Shown: piece after piece, positions 1 to 8,647 of the stretch
Position numbering within the stretch: the stretch's first letter is position 1
Layout of the letters: every line of letters begins with the position of its first letter
Source: Myxococcales bacterium
GTDB taxonomy: Bacteria; Myxococcota; UBA727; JABDBI01
DNA length: 64,000 nt
Reading direction: 5' to 3'
Assembly: GCA_023248545.1 (NCBI GenBank)
Contig: JAHFEF010000001.1
Coordinates: 150,329-214,328 of the forward strand
Notes under the pieces: model-generated
Told to the model about the DNA's origin: nothing
What the model saw: only the letters and a program-made list of their open reading frames with translations
Database searches by the model: none
Position numbers and translations under genes: made by a program

Positions 1-19
1 TGTTGCAAATTATTGACAC

Positions 20-655
20 TTGTTTATAAGTGCTGATAAAATGCAACATATGGGAGCTAAATCTGAAACAAAAGCCCTAGCATTATTTCGTCAAAACAAG
101 GGTGTCCTCAGAGCCCGAGAGGCTGTCAGGTTGGGGATTTATAGTATGACGCTGAACCGTCTACAAAATAAGGGCCTAATTGAATTGATTTCCCGGGGTA
201 TTTATCGCTTAACTGGGTTAGAACCCCTATCTCACCAAGATTTGGTGATTATCAGCGAACGCGTGCCAGGGGGGGTGATTTGTTTGCTCTCTGCGCTGGC
301 GTTTCATAAGATGACCACGCATAACCCCCGAGAAATATTTGTCGCTGTTCCTCGTGGACATCTGAAAACTCGTATCGATTGGCCCCCTGTCCATGTGTTC
401 CTGTTTGGGGACAAGGCTTATTCGGAAGGAATCGAAACTCATATTCTTGATGGGGTTTCGGTCAAAGTTTACAGCCGTGAGAAAACACTGGTTGATTGTT
501 TTAAGTTTAGAAACAGGCTTGGCTTAGACGTGTTTCTTGAGGCTCTGAAGGCCTATCGAGGAAAATCGCCTATTCAAGTTGATAAGATTCTATACTTCGC
601 TGAAATCTGCAGAGTGAAGCGGATTATCATGCCTTACATCGAGTCAATTCTATGA
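20..655 (+). CDS. abiEi: AbiEi-family antitoxin / transcriptional regulator (type IV TA)
   Basis: 211 aa with an N-terminal wHTH-like region. Its stop overlaps the start of the next gene (ATGA at 652-655), and that gene is AbiEii-like. The family call is from recognisable sequence similarity. Confidence 0.65.
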   Translation: MFISADKMQHMGAKSETKALALFRQNKGVLRAREAVRLGIYSMTLNRLQNKGLIELISRGIYRLTGLEPLSHQDLVIISERVPGGVICLLSALAFHKMTTHNPREIFVAVPRGHLKTRIDWPPVHVFLFGDKAYSEGIETHILDGVSVKVYSREKTLVDCFKFRNRLGLDVFLEALKAYRGKSPIQVDKILYFAEICRVKRIIMPYIESIL

Positions 656-1569
656 AAAAACCCATCATCAATATTGAACAGTCGATTCATCAGAAGCTTT
701 TGAATCAGGCGAAATCAACCAACCAAACGTTTGAACACGTCCTGAAGCGCTATGCGATGGAGCGATTTCTGTATCGGCTGTCTGTTTCGCCTCACGTAAA
801 CGACTTTATCCTAAAAGGCGGACTGCTGCTTGCTTGTTACGACGTACCGAGTTCCAGGCCAACGCTTGATATCGATTTACAGAGCTTCTATCCGGACCAC
901 CATCTAGACCGTGTTAAAATGGTCATTCATGAACTTTGTCAACTTCCGGTCGAACCTGATGGACTCCGATTTGATGCAACAAGTTTGGTTTGCGAGACCT
1001 TGAACCATCTTGATGGTTATGATGGCGTTGGTGTGCACCTCTTTTGCTACCTGGGTCGGGCTGATATCGCTGTCAAAATCGATATTGGTTTTAGTGGAGG
1101 TCTTCGTCCGGCTCCTGTTTTGGTTGATTATCCCACACTACTATCAATGCCAAGACCAAGGCTTCGGGCTTACAGACAAGAAAGTGTCATTGCCGAGAAG
1201 TTTGAGGCGATGCTAAAACATGACTTGGCAACCTCCAGGATGAAAGATTTTTATGATATTTGGATGCTGTCGTCGATATTTGAATACGAGAGCGTTGAAT
1301 TAATGATGGCAATCATGCAAACATTCAAGCATTGTAAGCGTGAAATCGGAGTTAAACCATCTGTATTTCAAGAGGCATTTGCAAGCGATCCCAGGTTGAC
1401 CAAAAAATGGCAGGTATTTCTCCAAAAGAATAACCTCACAGATGCACCAAGAGAATTCTCGGCCGTGATGGAACATATCGGGAAGTTTTTGCAGCCAATT
1501 GTAGAAAATTTAGCTAAAAAGGCTTCAATAAAGGCTCACTGGATACCGCCTGGGCCCTGGAAGGTTTAA
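652..1569 (+). CDS. abiEii: nucleotidyltransferase AbiEii/AbiGii-family toxin (DUF1814)
   Basis: 305 aa, translationally coupled to the upstream AbiEi-like gene. Size and composition fit the AbiEii nucleotidyltransferase family. Confidence 0.7.
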   Translation: MKKPIINIEQSIHQKLLNQAKSTNQTFEHVLKRYAMERFLYRLSVSPHVNDFILKGGLLLACYDVPSSRPTLDIDLQSFYPDHHLDRVKMVIHELCQLPVEPDGLRFDATSLVCETLNHLDGYDGVGVHLFCYLGRADIAVKIDIGFSGGLRPAPVLVDYPTLLSMPRPRLRAYRQESVIAEKFEAMLKHDLATSRMKDFYDIWMLSSIFEYESVELMMAIMQTFKHCKREIGVKPSVFQEAFASDPRLTKKWQVFLQKNNLTDAPREFSAVMEHIGKFLQPIVENLAKKASIKAHWIPPGPWKV

Positions 1570-1577
1570 AGGTTTAG

Positions 1578-2453
1578 ATGGACAAGCAAATAAAGGGAAC
1601 TATTTTGGTGGCGTTGTCGGGTGTGTGCTACGGGACCATCGGATATTTCGGCACAGATTTGTTCCGGGCAGGGCTCTCGGTGACGGATTTATTGTTCTGG
1701 CGTTTTGCGGGGTCTGTCTTGCTGATGCTGCCGTTATTGCCTGTATTTTTGAAGGCCAAGTTCAACGCTTATCAGTGGCAGACGTTGGGGTTATTTTTCG
1801 TGCTGGGGGCGATTTGTTACGGCGGTGGGACGGTCTTGTATTTTCAGTCGGGCTTTATGATCGGCACGGGCTTGGCCATGGTGTTGTTTTTCACATACCC
1901 ACTGTTGGTCGTTGCCTGGTCGGCTGCGGTGCAGAAACGTTGGCCGAATTGGGTTACTTGGCTGTCACTCTTATTGATTGTGGTGGGTTGTATCATGATT
2001 GGCTCGGGGGATGCGGCTCGGGTGAATTGGGAGGGGATTATCCTGGCGGTGATTTCGGGAATGGCTTACGGGGTCTATATTTTGGCCAGTAAAAATCGAG
2101 CTGGCGTTGTGACGCCGTTATTGGCTACTTTTACGGTTTGTTTGGGCAATGTGGCGGGGTTTGTGATTTATATTTTGGCGATGGGCCAGGTTTTTTATGT
2201 GCCGCAGAGTGCGCCAATGATTTGGAATATGTTTTTGTTTAGCCTGGTCGGGACGGTGTTGCCCGTATTGTTGCTTCTTCAGGGCGTCAAGCTGATTTCG
2301 GCCACGAAGACAGCGATTATCTCTGTTTTGGAGCCGGTGACGGTGTTGTTGGTGGGTGTTATGCTGCTTGGCGAGCCGGTGAGTTTAGTGCAGGCTGTGG
2401 GCGCTGTGGTGATTTTAAGCAGCGCGTTGGTGATCCAGGTGGCGCGGGACTAG
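1578..2453 (+). CDS. EamA/DMT-family transporter
   Basis: 291 aa, about 10 hydrophobic helices, Gly-rich duplicated halves typical of drug/metabolite transporters. Confidence 0.7.
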   Translation: MDKQIKGTILVALSGVCYGTIGYFGTDLFRAGLSVTDLLFWRFAGSVLLMLPLLPVFLKAKFNAYQWQTLGLFFVLGAICYGGGTVLYFQSGFMIGTGLAMVLFFTYPLLVVAWSAAVQKRWPNWVTWLSLLLIVVGCIMIGSGDAARVNWEGIILAVISGMAYGVYILASKNRAGVVTPLLATFTVCLGNVAGFVIYILAMGQVFYVPQSAPMIWNMFLFSLVGTVLPVLLLLQGVKLISATKTAIISVLEPVTVLLVGVMLLGEPVSLVQAVGAVVILSSALVIQVARD

Positions 2454-2526
2454 ACAATCGGACAAACTTTTTAAGCTTGCATTGATTATTGAGATCCTAT
2501 AATATGAAAATAGGAGGTTTGTACTT

Positions 2527-2772
2527 ATGGCTAAAGTCTTAACAGTTGCCTCAAATGGGCAGATTTGTATCGGTCGAGAATGGGCTGGCAGGCAAATTTC
2601 GATCGAAGAATTGGGTCCAGCAGAGCTCAAGATTGTGAGTGGGGCTTTTGTGCCTGATCCAGTCTTAGAAGAGTTCGAGCAGTGGCAAGCTAAGAATCCT
2701 GCGAAAAAAACAGATAGAATCGCTCTCATGAAGCGCCTAAGGAACAAAGCTTCTCATGATGAAAAGTATTAA
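2527..2772 (+). CDS. AbrB/MazE/SpoVT-type DNA-binding protein, putative antitoxin
   Basis: 81 aa. The N-terminus (MAKVLTVASNGQICIGREWAGRQISIEE) matches the swapped-hairpin AbrB fold. The gene overlaps the start of the downstream small gene. Confidence 0.6.
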   Translation: MAKVLTVASNGQICIGREWAGRQISIEELGPAELKIVSGAFVPDPVLEEFEQWQAKNPAKKTDRIALMKRLRNKASHDEKY

Positions 2773-3130
2773 AAAGCTGTTTTCCACTCACAATGAGCTG
2801 GTTCAATGCGACCTTGAATTTCCGCGGTTTCAAAGAGAATTGGAAGAACTTGGGCTTGATCAGCTGGATGATTTTGATCGTTGTGTAGACAAAATAGAAC
2901 AAATGACCTGGGCACAGGTTTTGGCAACTGCTTCAAAACATGGAAAACGTGGACTGAATTGGGAACCGATCACTAGGCAAAAAACGAAAACAGGATCAGC
3001 GATTGCCACCATCAGAGTCACCAGAAAATTTCGTGCACGGGTGACACGTGATGGTGTTTTTATGCGCTTCATCTCGTTGCATCTTGATCACGACAGCGCT
3101 TATGAAGAGTCTGGCGGAGAACGTATCTAG
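2756..3130 (+). CDS. putative RelE/HigB-like toxin with an N-terminal extension
   Basis: 124 aa. The C-terminus (IRVTRKFRARVTRDGVFMRFISLHLDHDSAY) resembles the C-terminal RelE/HigB core. It overlaps the upstream AbrB-type gene. Confidence 0.4.
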   Translation: MMKSIKKLFSTHNELVQCDLEFPRFQRELEELGLDQLDDFDRCVDKIEQMTWAQVLATASKHGKRGLNWEPITRQKTKTGSAIATIRVTRKFRARVTRDGVFMRFISLHLDHDSAYEESGGERI

Positions 3131-3239
3131 GAAATCACGATGGGCTAGCCAGGCTCAGAATGGCTTCAGAGATCTTGCTCGATGGCCTTGAATCCGCATG
3201 GATTGGTGTGAACGATTAGCCAGCCAGGCAGGAAAATGA

Positions 3240-4484
3240 GTGGAATCGCTCAAATTTCGGCGAATTTTGTTGATTAACACTCAGATTTCGGCGAATATTG
3301 AAGTTATGGTGCGATTAGAGCGATTGATTAGTCCAAACATTGAGCGAGCCTTGGTCCGTGGCAAGAGCATTCTGCTGCTAGGCCCCAGACAGACTGGGAA
3401 AACTACTTTACTTCAAAAGATACCCTGTGATTTGTCTCTTTCTTTGGTAAAAATCGGTTTGAAGCAGCGCTATGAGAAAGATCCAAGTTTATTGGAAGGC
3501 GAAATCCAAGAATTAGCCAAGCAAAAAAAGAAAAAGCTTCTTATCCTATTAGACGAAGTGCAAAAAGTCCCTGAGCTGTTAGATGTGGCACAGGATTTTT
3601 ATGACTCGGGCCTGGCCCAATTTATTCTGACAGGCTCTTCTGCGAGAAAATTGCGAAAGCAAAAAGCGAATCTTCTCCCAGGTCGCGTTGTTGCTATGCA
3701 CCTCGATCCTTTGACACTGAACGAAACCCCAATTTCTAAAAGAAATCTCGAAAATTTACTGATCTATGGGAGCCTGCCTGGAATTTTACTTCAAGATGAT
3801 CATTTGGATCAAGAAACAGATCTTCGATCCTATGTCGAGACCTACATTGAAGATGAAATTAGAGCCGAATCCGTGGTTCGCAATCTATCGAAATTTTCAA
3901 GATTTTTAGAACTTGCCTGTTCGGAATCCGGTAAAATCATCAATTTTCAAAAGCTCTCCCAGGAGATTGGCGTGGCGCATACAACCATTGCGTCTTACTA
4001 CCAAATTTTAGAAGACTGCCTCCTGCTCGAAAGAATAGAACCTATCAGTGAGTCAAAGACCCGAGCAAGATTGACCCGAACGCAGAGGTTTCTCATTTTT
4101 GATCTCGGAGTCAGGCGCGTTGCAGCAGGAGAACCGGCAACATTATCTCAAAGTGCTCTGGGTGACCTTCTTGAGCATTGGGTAGGCCTAGAACTTATTC
4201 GCTGCGCAAGGCTTGCAGCTGAACTGGTTAAAATTCGATTTTGGAGAGACCCCAGTGGCCCGGAAGTGGACTGGGTCATTGAGAGAAACCAGCATTTTAC
4301 CCCGATTGAAGTCAAATATTCCAAAGCCCCAGGCAAAAGCGACGCTAGACACCTGGAAACATTTTTAAATGAATATCCCAACAGCTCGAACGGTTATATC
4401 GTCTGTCGAACCGAACGACCTTTTCAGATTTCAGACCGTGTGACAGCGATTCCATGGTACGAGTTGCCTGAGTTATTGGCCTAA
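3240..4484 (+). CDS. AAA+ ATPase with C-terminal DUF4143-like PD-(D/E)xK domain
   Basis: Walker A motif GPRQTGKTT and a Walker B-like LLDEVQ. The C-terminus carries D...E-x-K residues (PEVDWVIER, PIEVKYSK). The true start may be the Met at 3306. Confidence 0.7.
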   Translation: MESLKFRRILLINTQISANIEVMVRLERLISPNIERALVRGKSILLLGPRQTGKTTLLQKIPCDLSLSLVKIGLKQRYEKDPSLLEGEIQELAKQKKKKLLILLDEVQKVPELLDVAQDFYDSGLAQFILTGSSARKLRKQKANLLPGRVVAMHLDPLTLNETPISKRNLENLLIYGSLPGILLQDDHLDQETDLRSYVETYIEDEIRAESVVRNLSKFSRFLELACSESGKIINFQKLSQEIGVAHTTIASYYQILEDCLLLERIEPISESKTRARLTRTQRFLIFDLGVRRVAAGEPATLSQSALGDLLEHWVGLELIRCARLAAELVKIRFWRDPSGPEVDWVIERNQHFTPIEVKYSKAPGKSDARHLETFLNEYPNSSNGYIVCRTERPFQISDRVTAIPWYELPELLA

Positions 4485-4544
4485 TTAAAAAAAAACCGTG
4501 CGTCTCATTGCTTTTTTTTCTGCTGCTGAACTATCCTGATTTAT

Positions 4545-6331
4545 ATGAAAAAAACTTTACTTGGTTGCGGTCTAGGTTTTGTGATGCTTCTATCGTTTTC
4601 TTGTGGTGGAGGGAATTCTACTTCGCAGGCCTCGGTTGATTCCAATCTTGCGGCGAGGGTCACCAATTCTCAAACAATTGATCAGAACAGTGTTCTAGTG
4701 TCTCAAGTCGGCGGTGTTTTTAAGACGGGCACTGCCTCCTACCTGCAAGGTTTTGACGCGTTTTTGGATCGCGTCAATGGGCACCCAACCATGAAATTCT
4801 CAGAACTTTTGCGAGGCAAGGTGCAGAAATTTCAACCCATCTTCCGCTGCCGCTGACGAGCAGTAAGCCGGTTTCAAGCACACCCAGCACAGCGCCTCCA
4901 GTTGCTTTCGATTGGAGAAGCAACTCTAAGGCCAGTGCGTGCAATATTAACTCGGTATTTAACCAAGGGCAATGTGGGTCTTGCTGGGCGAACTCGTCGG
5001 CCTACACAATAGGTAATGCCTATTGTGTCCAGAAAGGTGTCAACCCAGGCATGTTGTCAGCGCAGTATTTCATTGATTCAGCGATAGGGTATTCTAATTC
5101 TACGGAGGGCATTGCTGTTCCAGGTAGCTTTGGATGTGCGGGTGGATCACCTATTATAGCCATGAGTATTGCCAAAGAAACGCTCGGAGTTCCTACTAAT
5201 TCTTGTCGTGGCTCACTGTTTAACAACAGCGCTGCCGGTTCATTGGCTTGCATGGGAAACGATACGTGTTCGCGTTGCTCTTGTGTTTCCTCAACGGTGG
5301 CTGGTCAGGCCCAACCCCAAGCCCAGGCTGTTGACTATGCAACAGCCGCGACGACTGTATTAGCAGTAGGCGGAGTACCATCAGCATACTTTTTTGGGCT
5401 TCCGGTTGTTTTTGGTTTTGCGCCGCAATCGAATCTTGCGTTGACCGTGCAGACTCAAATTGGAAGTACCACGATCCTCGATGTGGCAAACCTGCCACAA
5501 TCAAGTTCACCAACGCTGTTGTCGGCACCCTATAGTGGGTTCTTGGGCATTGGAATGGCTAATCCAATGGATAATTTTTTTACACTCACAGGCTCTTATT
5601 CGTGTTTTCCTGGAACCGCTGACGTAACGCCTACACCGTGTACCTTCTCCACAACCTGTGACAATGGAACAGCCATATCATCGAATAGCTCAATAAAAGT
5701 AACGTCTGTTCATCAAATCGATAAGACGACACTCGGTGCGATTTCGACATTACAGGCTTCAGCAACTCCTCCCGTCGACACAACGGATCCATCCTATGTT
5801 GGCGCGATTAGTCAGATTAAAACCTTGGTTCAAACATATGGACCGGTCACAGTCGGATTTAGGGAGCCGTTTTCGTTTATGAACTATCGAGGCGGGGTGT
5901 ATAGCTACACAGGCTGGGTACCCTATGCGGTGGATAGTGCACCGGGCAAACCAGTAACTTGTACGGCGTCCACAGCTTCTACCGCGTGCGCCATTAGTGC
6001 GAATTCGGGTCCAAACGTTTATAAAATCTATACCGAATTAAGTAATATCGGAGGTTCACCGCTGCCCACCAATTGTGTCGGTTCGACATCTTGGCAACCC
6101 GTAACGGGTACAGCCGCTGGCATATGCGCGATGCAAGATGTCTTCGTCGGAGGTCACGCGGTGTCGATCGTGGGTTGGGGAACGGATTCGACGAGCAATC
6201 AAAACTATTGGATCGTCGCCAACAATTGGGGTTCAAACTGGGGGGAAGGTGGCTTTGTCAAAATGGCCATGAACGGCATGACGGGAGCTCAAATCTTCTG
6301 GTATGACTTCGTCGCTGCCGCTCAGTTTTAA
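4545..6331 (+). pseudogene. papain-family (C1) cysteine protease, apparently frameshifted
   Basis: Frame 0 (4545-4856) encodes a lipoprotein-like signal peptide and an N-terminal region. Frame +2 is open from 4757 and encodes FDWR...NQGQCGSCWA (catalytic Cys near 4976) with no in-frame ATG, GTG or TTG before 5051. The His (GGHAVSIVGWG) and Asn/Trp (YWIVANNWGSNWGEGGF) motifs follow in the 5051-6331 ORF. Confidence 0.6.
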
Positions 6332-6345
6332 AGAGGGTCGGTCAT

Positions 6346-7338
6346 TTAGTGTGAAGGCGGCTGGCAAGAAGGGCCAAAAGGGCCATTTTGACAGGTGTTG
6401 CCACTCGGGCAAACATTCCGACAGGCGCCGCAGTTATTTGCATCAGTGGCAAGGTTGGCGCAATAAGCTGCCGGTAACCCGTCGACAACGTCTGCACCGC
6501 TGTTGTAGCAGGTAGTTTGATTGGCAGAGCATGTAGTGGCCGGTGTAGCTGTGTTGGCGTGCCACAGGCTAACATTTGTACTGCTGTATATAACTAGATC
6601 GCCATTGTCTTGCAGGACGAGTTTGTCGCCAGGGTTGCCATCTGTGTTTGTTCTAAATCTGGGTATATTATTGACATCATAGACCACAAAATTGCCATCC
6701 GTCTGCATGTATGCGCTTCCGCCCGCGGCGATATTCGTGGTATTGGAGCTCCAAATAGCAGTGCTTGATTGATACAGTGCGAGATTGCCATCAGTTTGCA
6801 TGACTAGCCTATAGACGCCATTTTGGGACGTAAGCGTTGTACCGGAGGCGAGAGATGGCGCCGTCTTGCCTGGCGCGGCCGTGCTTTGGAGGGTTGTAGG
6901 GCTGGCGATTTCCTGGCATGCGCTGTTTGAGCACTGTTGATTATTCGAACACACCTTCCCACAGCTGCCGCAGTTACTGGCGTCAGTGGCAAGGGCAGCG
7001 CAATAGGGGGAGAGAAAAATCGTATTTCCTTCTTGGCCGGCGGGGCAAGTAACTTGACCGGTGGGGCATTGGCAAGAGCCATTCATGCAAGTGGCGCCGC
7101 TCGAGCAAACATTTCCACAGCTGCCGCAGTTATTGGCGTCAGTGGTAAGGTTGGTGCAATAGGAGGCGATTAGGCTGGTGCAAGTAACTTGACCGCTGGG
7201 GCATTGTCCGGCTGTGCCAGTTACCGCAAGGTTCGCATTGCCTGCTCCGTAATCGCTAGACCCACAACCAAATGAAGTGAAGAGGATGCCCGAAAAAACC
7301 AAAACAGTCGCAAATCTACAACAGTGTTCAAAGCTCAT
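6346..7338 (-). CDS. secreted bulb-type (B) lectin domain protein with Stig1-like Cys-rich repeats
   Basis: Signal peptide. Three QxDxNxVxY-like lectin subdomains (MQTDGNLALY, MQTDGNFVVY, LQDNGDLVIY). Four CxxLxTDxNNCGxCGxxC repeats. Confidence 0.75.
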   Translation of the reverse strand: MSFEHCCRFATVLVFSGILFTSFGCGSSDYGAGNANLAVTGTAGQCPSGQVTCTSLIASYCTNLTTDANNCGSCGNVCSSGATCMNGSCQCPTGQVTCPAGQEGNTIFLSPYCAALATDASNCGSCGKVCSNNQQCSNSACQEIASPTTLQSTAAPGKTAPSLASGTTLTSQNGVYRLVMQTDGNLALYQSSTAIWSSNTTNIAAGGSAYMQTDGNFVVYDVNNIPRFRTNTDGNPGDKLVLQDNGDLVIYSSTNVSLWHANTATPATTCSANQTTCYNSGADVVDGLPAAYCANLATDANNCGACRNVCPSGNTCQNGPFGPSCQPPSH

Positions 7339-7472
7339 TTTATGCCCCTTTAGCCGCTATGTAACTATCGGTATGAAAAAGTGCCATTTAGGTAATGGAT
7401 ATATTGCCGCTCGGGGGCTCGGCAGGCCTGGTGAAAACGGCTTCAAAGCTCGCCCCTGGTGATCAGGGGGAT

Positions 7473-7772
7473 TTATTTTGGATGTTTTGTAATGGCTAGG
7501 ATCGTAATATCATTGCTACCTGGTCCATAGCACCAAAAGATTCGATGAGCGCCTGGCGTATTGTTCTGAGCGTATGCTTCAAATACTTTGCCATCTTTTT
7601 TGAATGGATTTTCCAGCGAATGAAACGGGTGTGTTTCTAAACCAGGGTGTCTAGGATTTTGCTTCAGAAACTTGAGAGCTTTTTGAACCTGCTTGAAAAG
7701 CCCAGGCCTGGAGCTTTTTTCAAGCGAGCGATAAACCTCGAGGGCAGCGTCAGTCCATTGAAGATCAAACAT
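7473..7772 (-). CDS. RelE/ParE-superfamily toxin (YhaV-like)
   Basis: 99 aa with C-terminal HRIFWCYGPGSNDITILAITKHP, a RelE/YhaV-like core. Its start overlaps the stop of the upstream antitoxin gene. Confidence 0.55.
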   Translation of the reverse strand: MFDLQWTDAALEVYRSLEKSSRPGLFKQVQKALKFLKQNPRHPGLETHPFHSLENPFKKDGKVFEAYAQNNTPGAHRIFWCYGPGSNDITILAITKHPK

Positions 7773-8008
7773 TAGAGGGAGACCGCATTCTTAGTGAGCT
7801 TTCCGGATTTTGCTTGCTCTATGCCTCTTAAAACCTGCGCTTTGGCTTCAGGATTTCGATGGAGCCATAGTTCTCTTTCTGGGATGAGGGAGGCCTTTTT
7901 GAACACGAACTCACCAGGTTCCAGCTCCTCAACTAGAAAAAATTGCGAGGCAAAGGCGGTGCCCAAGTTAACTCTTCCTTTAGAATCTGCTTGTAGAGTG
8001 TGTTCCAT
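7772..8008 (-). CDS. AbrB/SpoVT-type (PrlF-like) antitoxin
   Basis: 78 aa with a DSKGRVNLG AbrB-like hairpin. ATGA overlap with the toxin gene. Confidence 0.55.
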   Translation of the reverse strand: MEHTLQADSKGRVNLGTAFASQFFLVEELEPGEFVFKKASLIPERELWLHRNPEAKAQVLRGIEQAKSGKLTKNAVSL

Positions 8009-8119
8009 GCTCCCATTTTAACATTTGTGGGACTTTATGACAAGTGGGAGTTTTTGGCTTAATTCCATACTCTAGGCCTACTTGAATAACCCCCCGATTC
8101 TGCTAGGATTGGGCCCTTC

Positions 8120-8647
8120 ATGCACCCACTTTGGCTTATTTTAGACACGGCCTGCCCAAGGGCGCTCATCGCACTGGCTCAGAATGGAGAAGTCTTGGCC
8201 GAAGTTTATCTCGATGAATATAAGCGACACGGCGAAAAATTGGCCAGTGCGATTGATAGGTGTCTAGCTCAAGCTGGCTGTCAAATTGGCAATATAACAG
8301 CTGTGGCAGTGGGTACGGGGCCCGGGTCGTTTATCGGCGTGCGCATCGCGATGGCCCATGCGAAAGGCTTGTGTACCGCGTTGCAAATCCCTCTCATAGG
8401 TTTTAATACGTTGGCAGGTATTGATTCTCAGAAAGCGAATTGGGTGGCGATTGATGCCCGTCGTGGCGAATATTATGGTTTGGAAATAGGCAGGAAACAG
8501 GCAGTTATTTTGAAATCACTCCCAGAAAATACATATTTAGAATCAAAAGGTCCTGTGGCTCGACAAATCTTGGCTTTGTTGCCGTCAGAAATGAACGATG
8601 AGACACTCACGCTGGTGCCGAACTATATTAGGGATAGCCAATGCTAG
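8120..8647 (+). CDS. tsaB: tRNA threonylcarbamoyladenosine biosynthesis protein TsaB
   Basis: 175 aa, YeaZ-like: ILDTA..ALIALAQNGEVLAE, GPGSFIGVRIAMAHAKG. Confidence 0.8.
   Translation: MHPLWLILDTACPRALIALAQNGEVLAEVYLDEYKRHGEKLASAIDRCLAQAGCQIGNITAVAVGTGPGSFIGVRIAMAHAKGLCTALQIPLIGFNTLAGIDSQKANWVAIDARRGEYYGLEIGRKQAVILKSLPENTYLESKGPVARQILALLPSEMNDETLTLVPNYIRDSQC

Noticed and set aside
1625-2092. 155-aa ORF inside the EamA transporter gene in another frame.
   Set aside because: Gly/Arg-rich out-of-frame translation of a GC-rich membrane-protein gene. No independent support.
4485-4544. A10 and T9 homopolymer tracts after the ATPase gene as a possible intrinsic terminator.
   Set aside because: No convincing GC-rich stem precedes the T-run.
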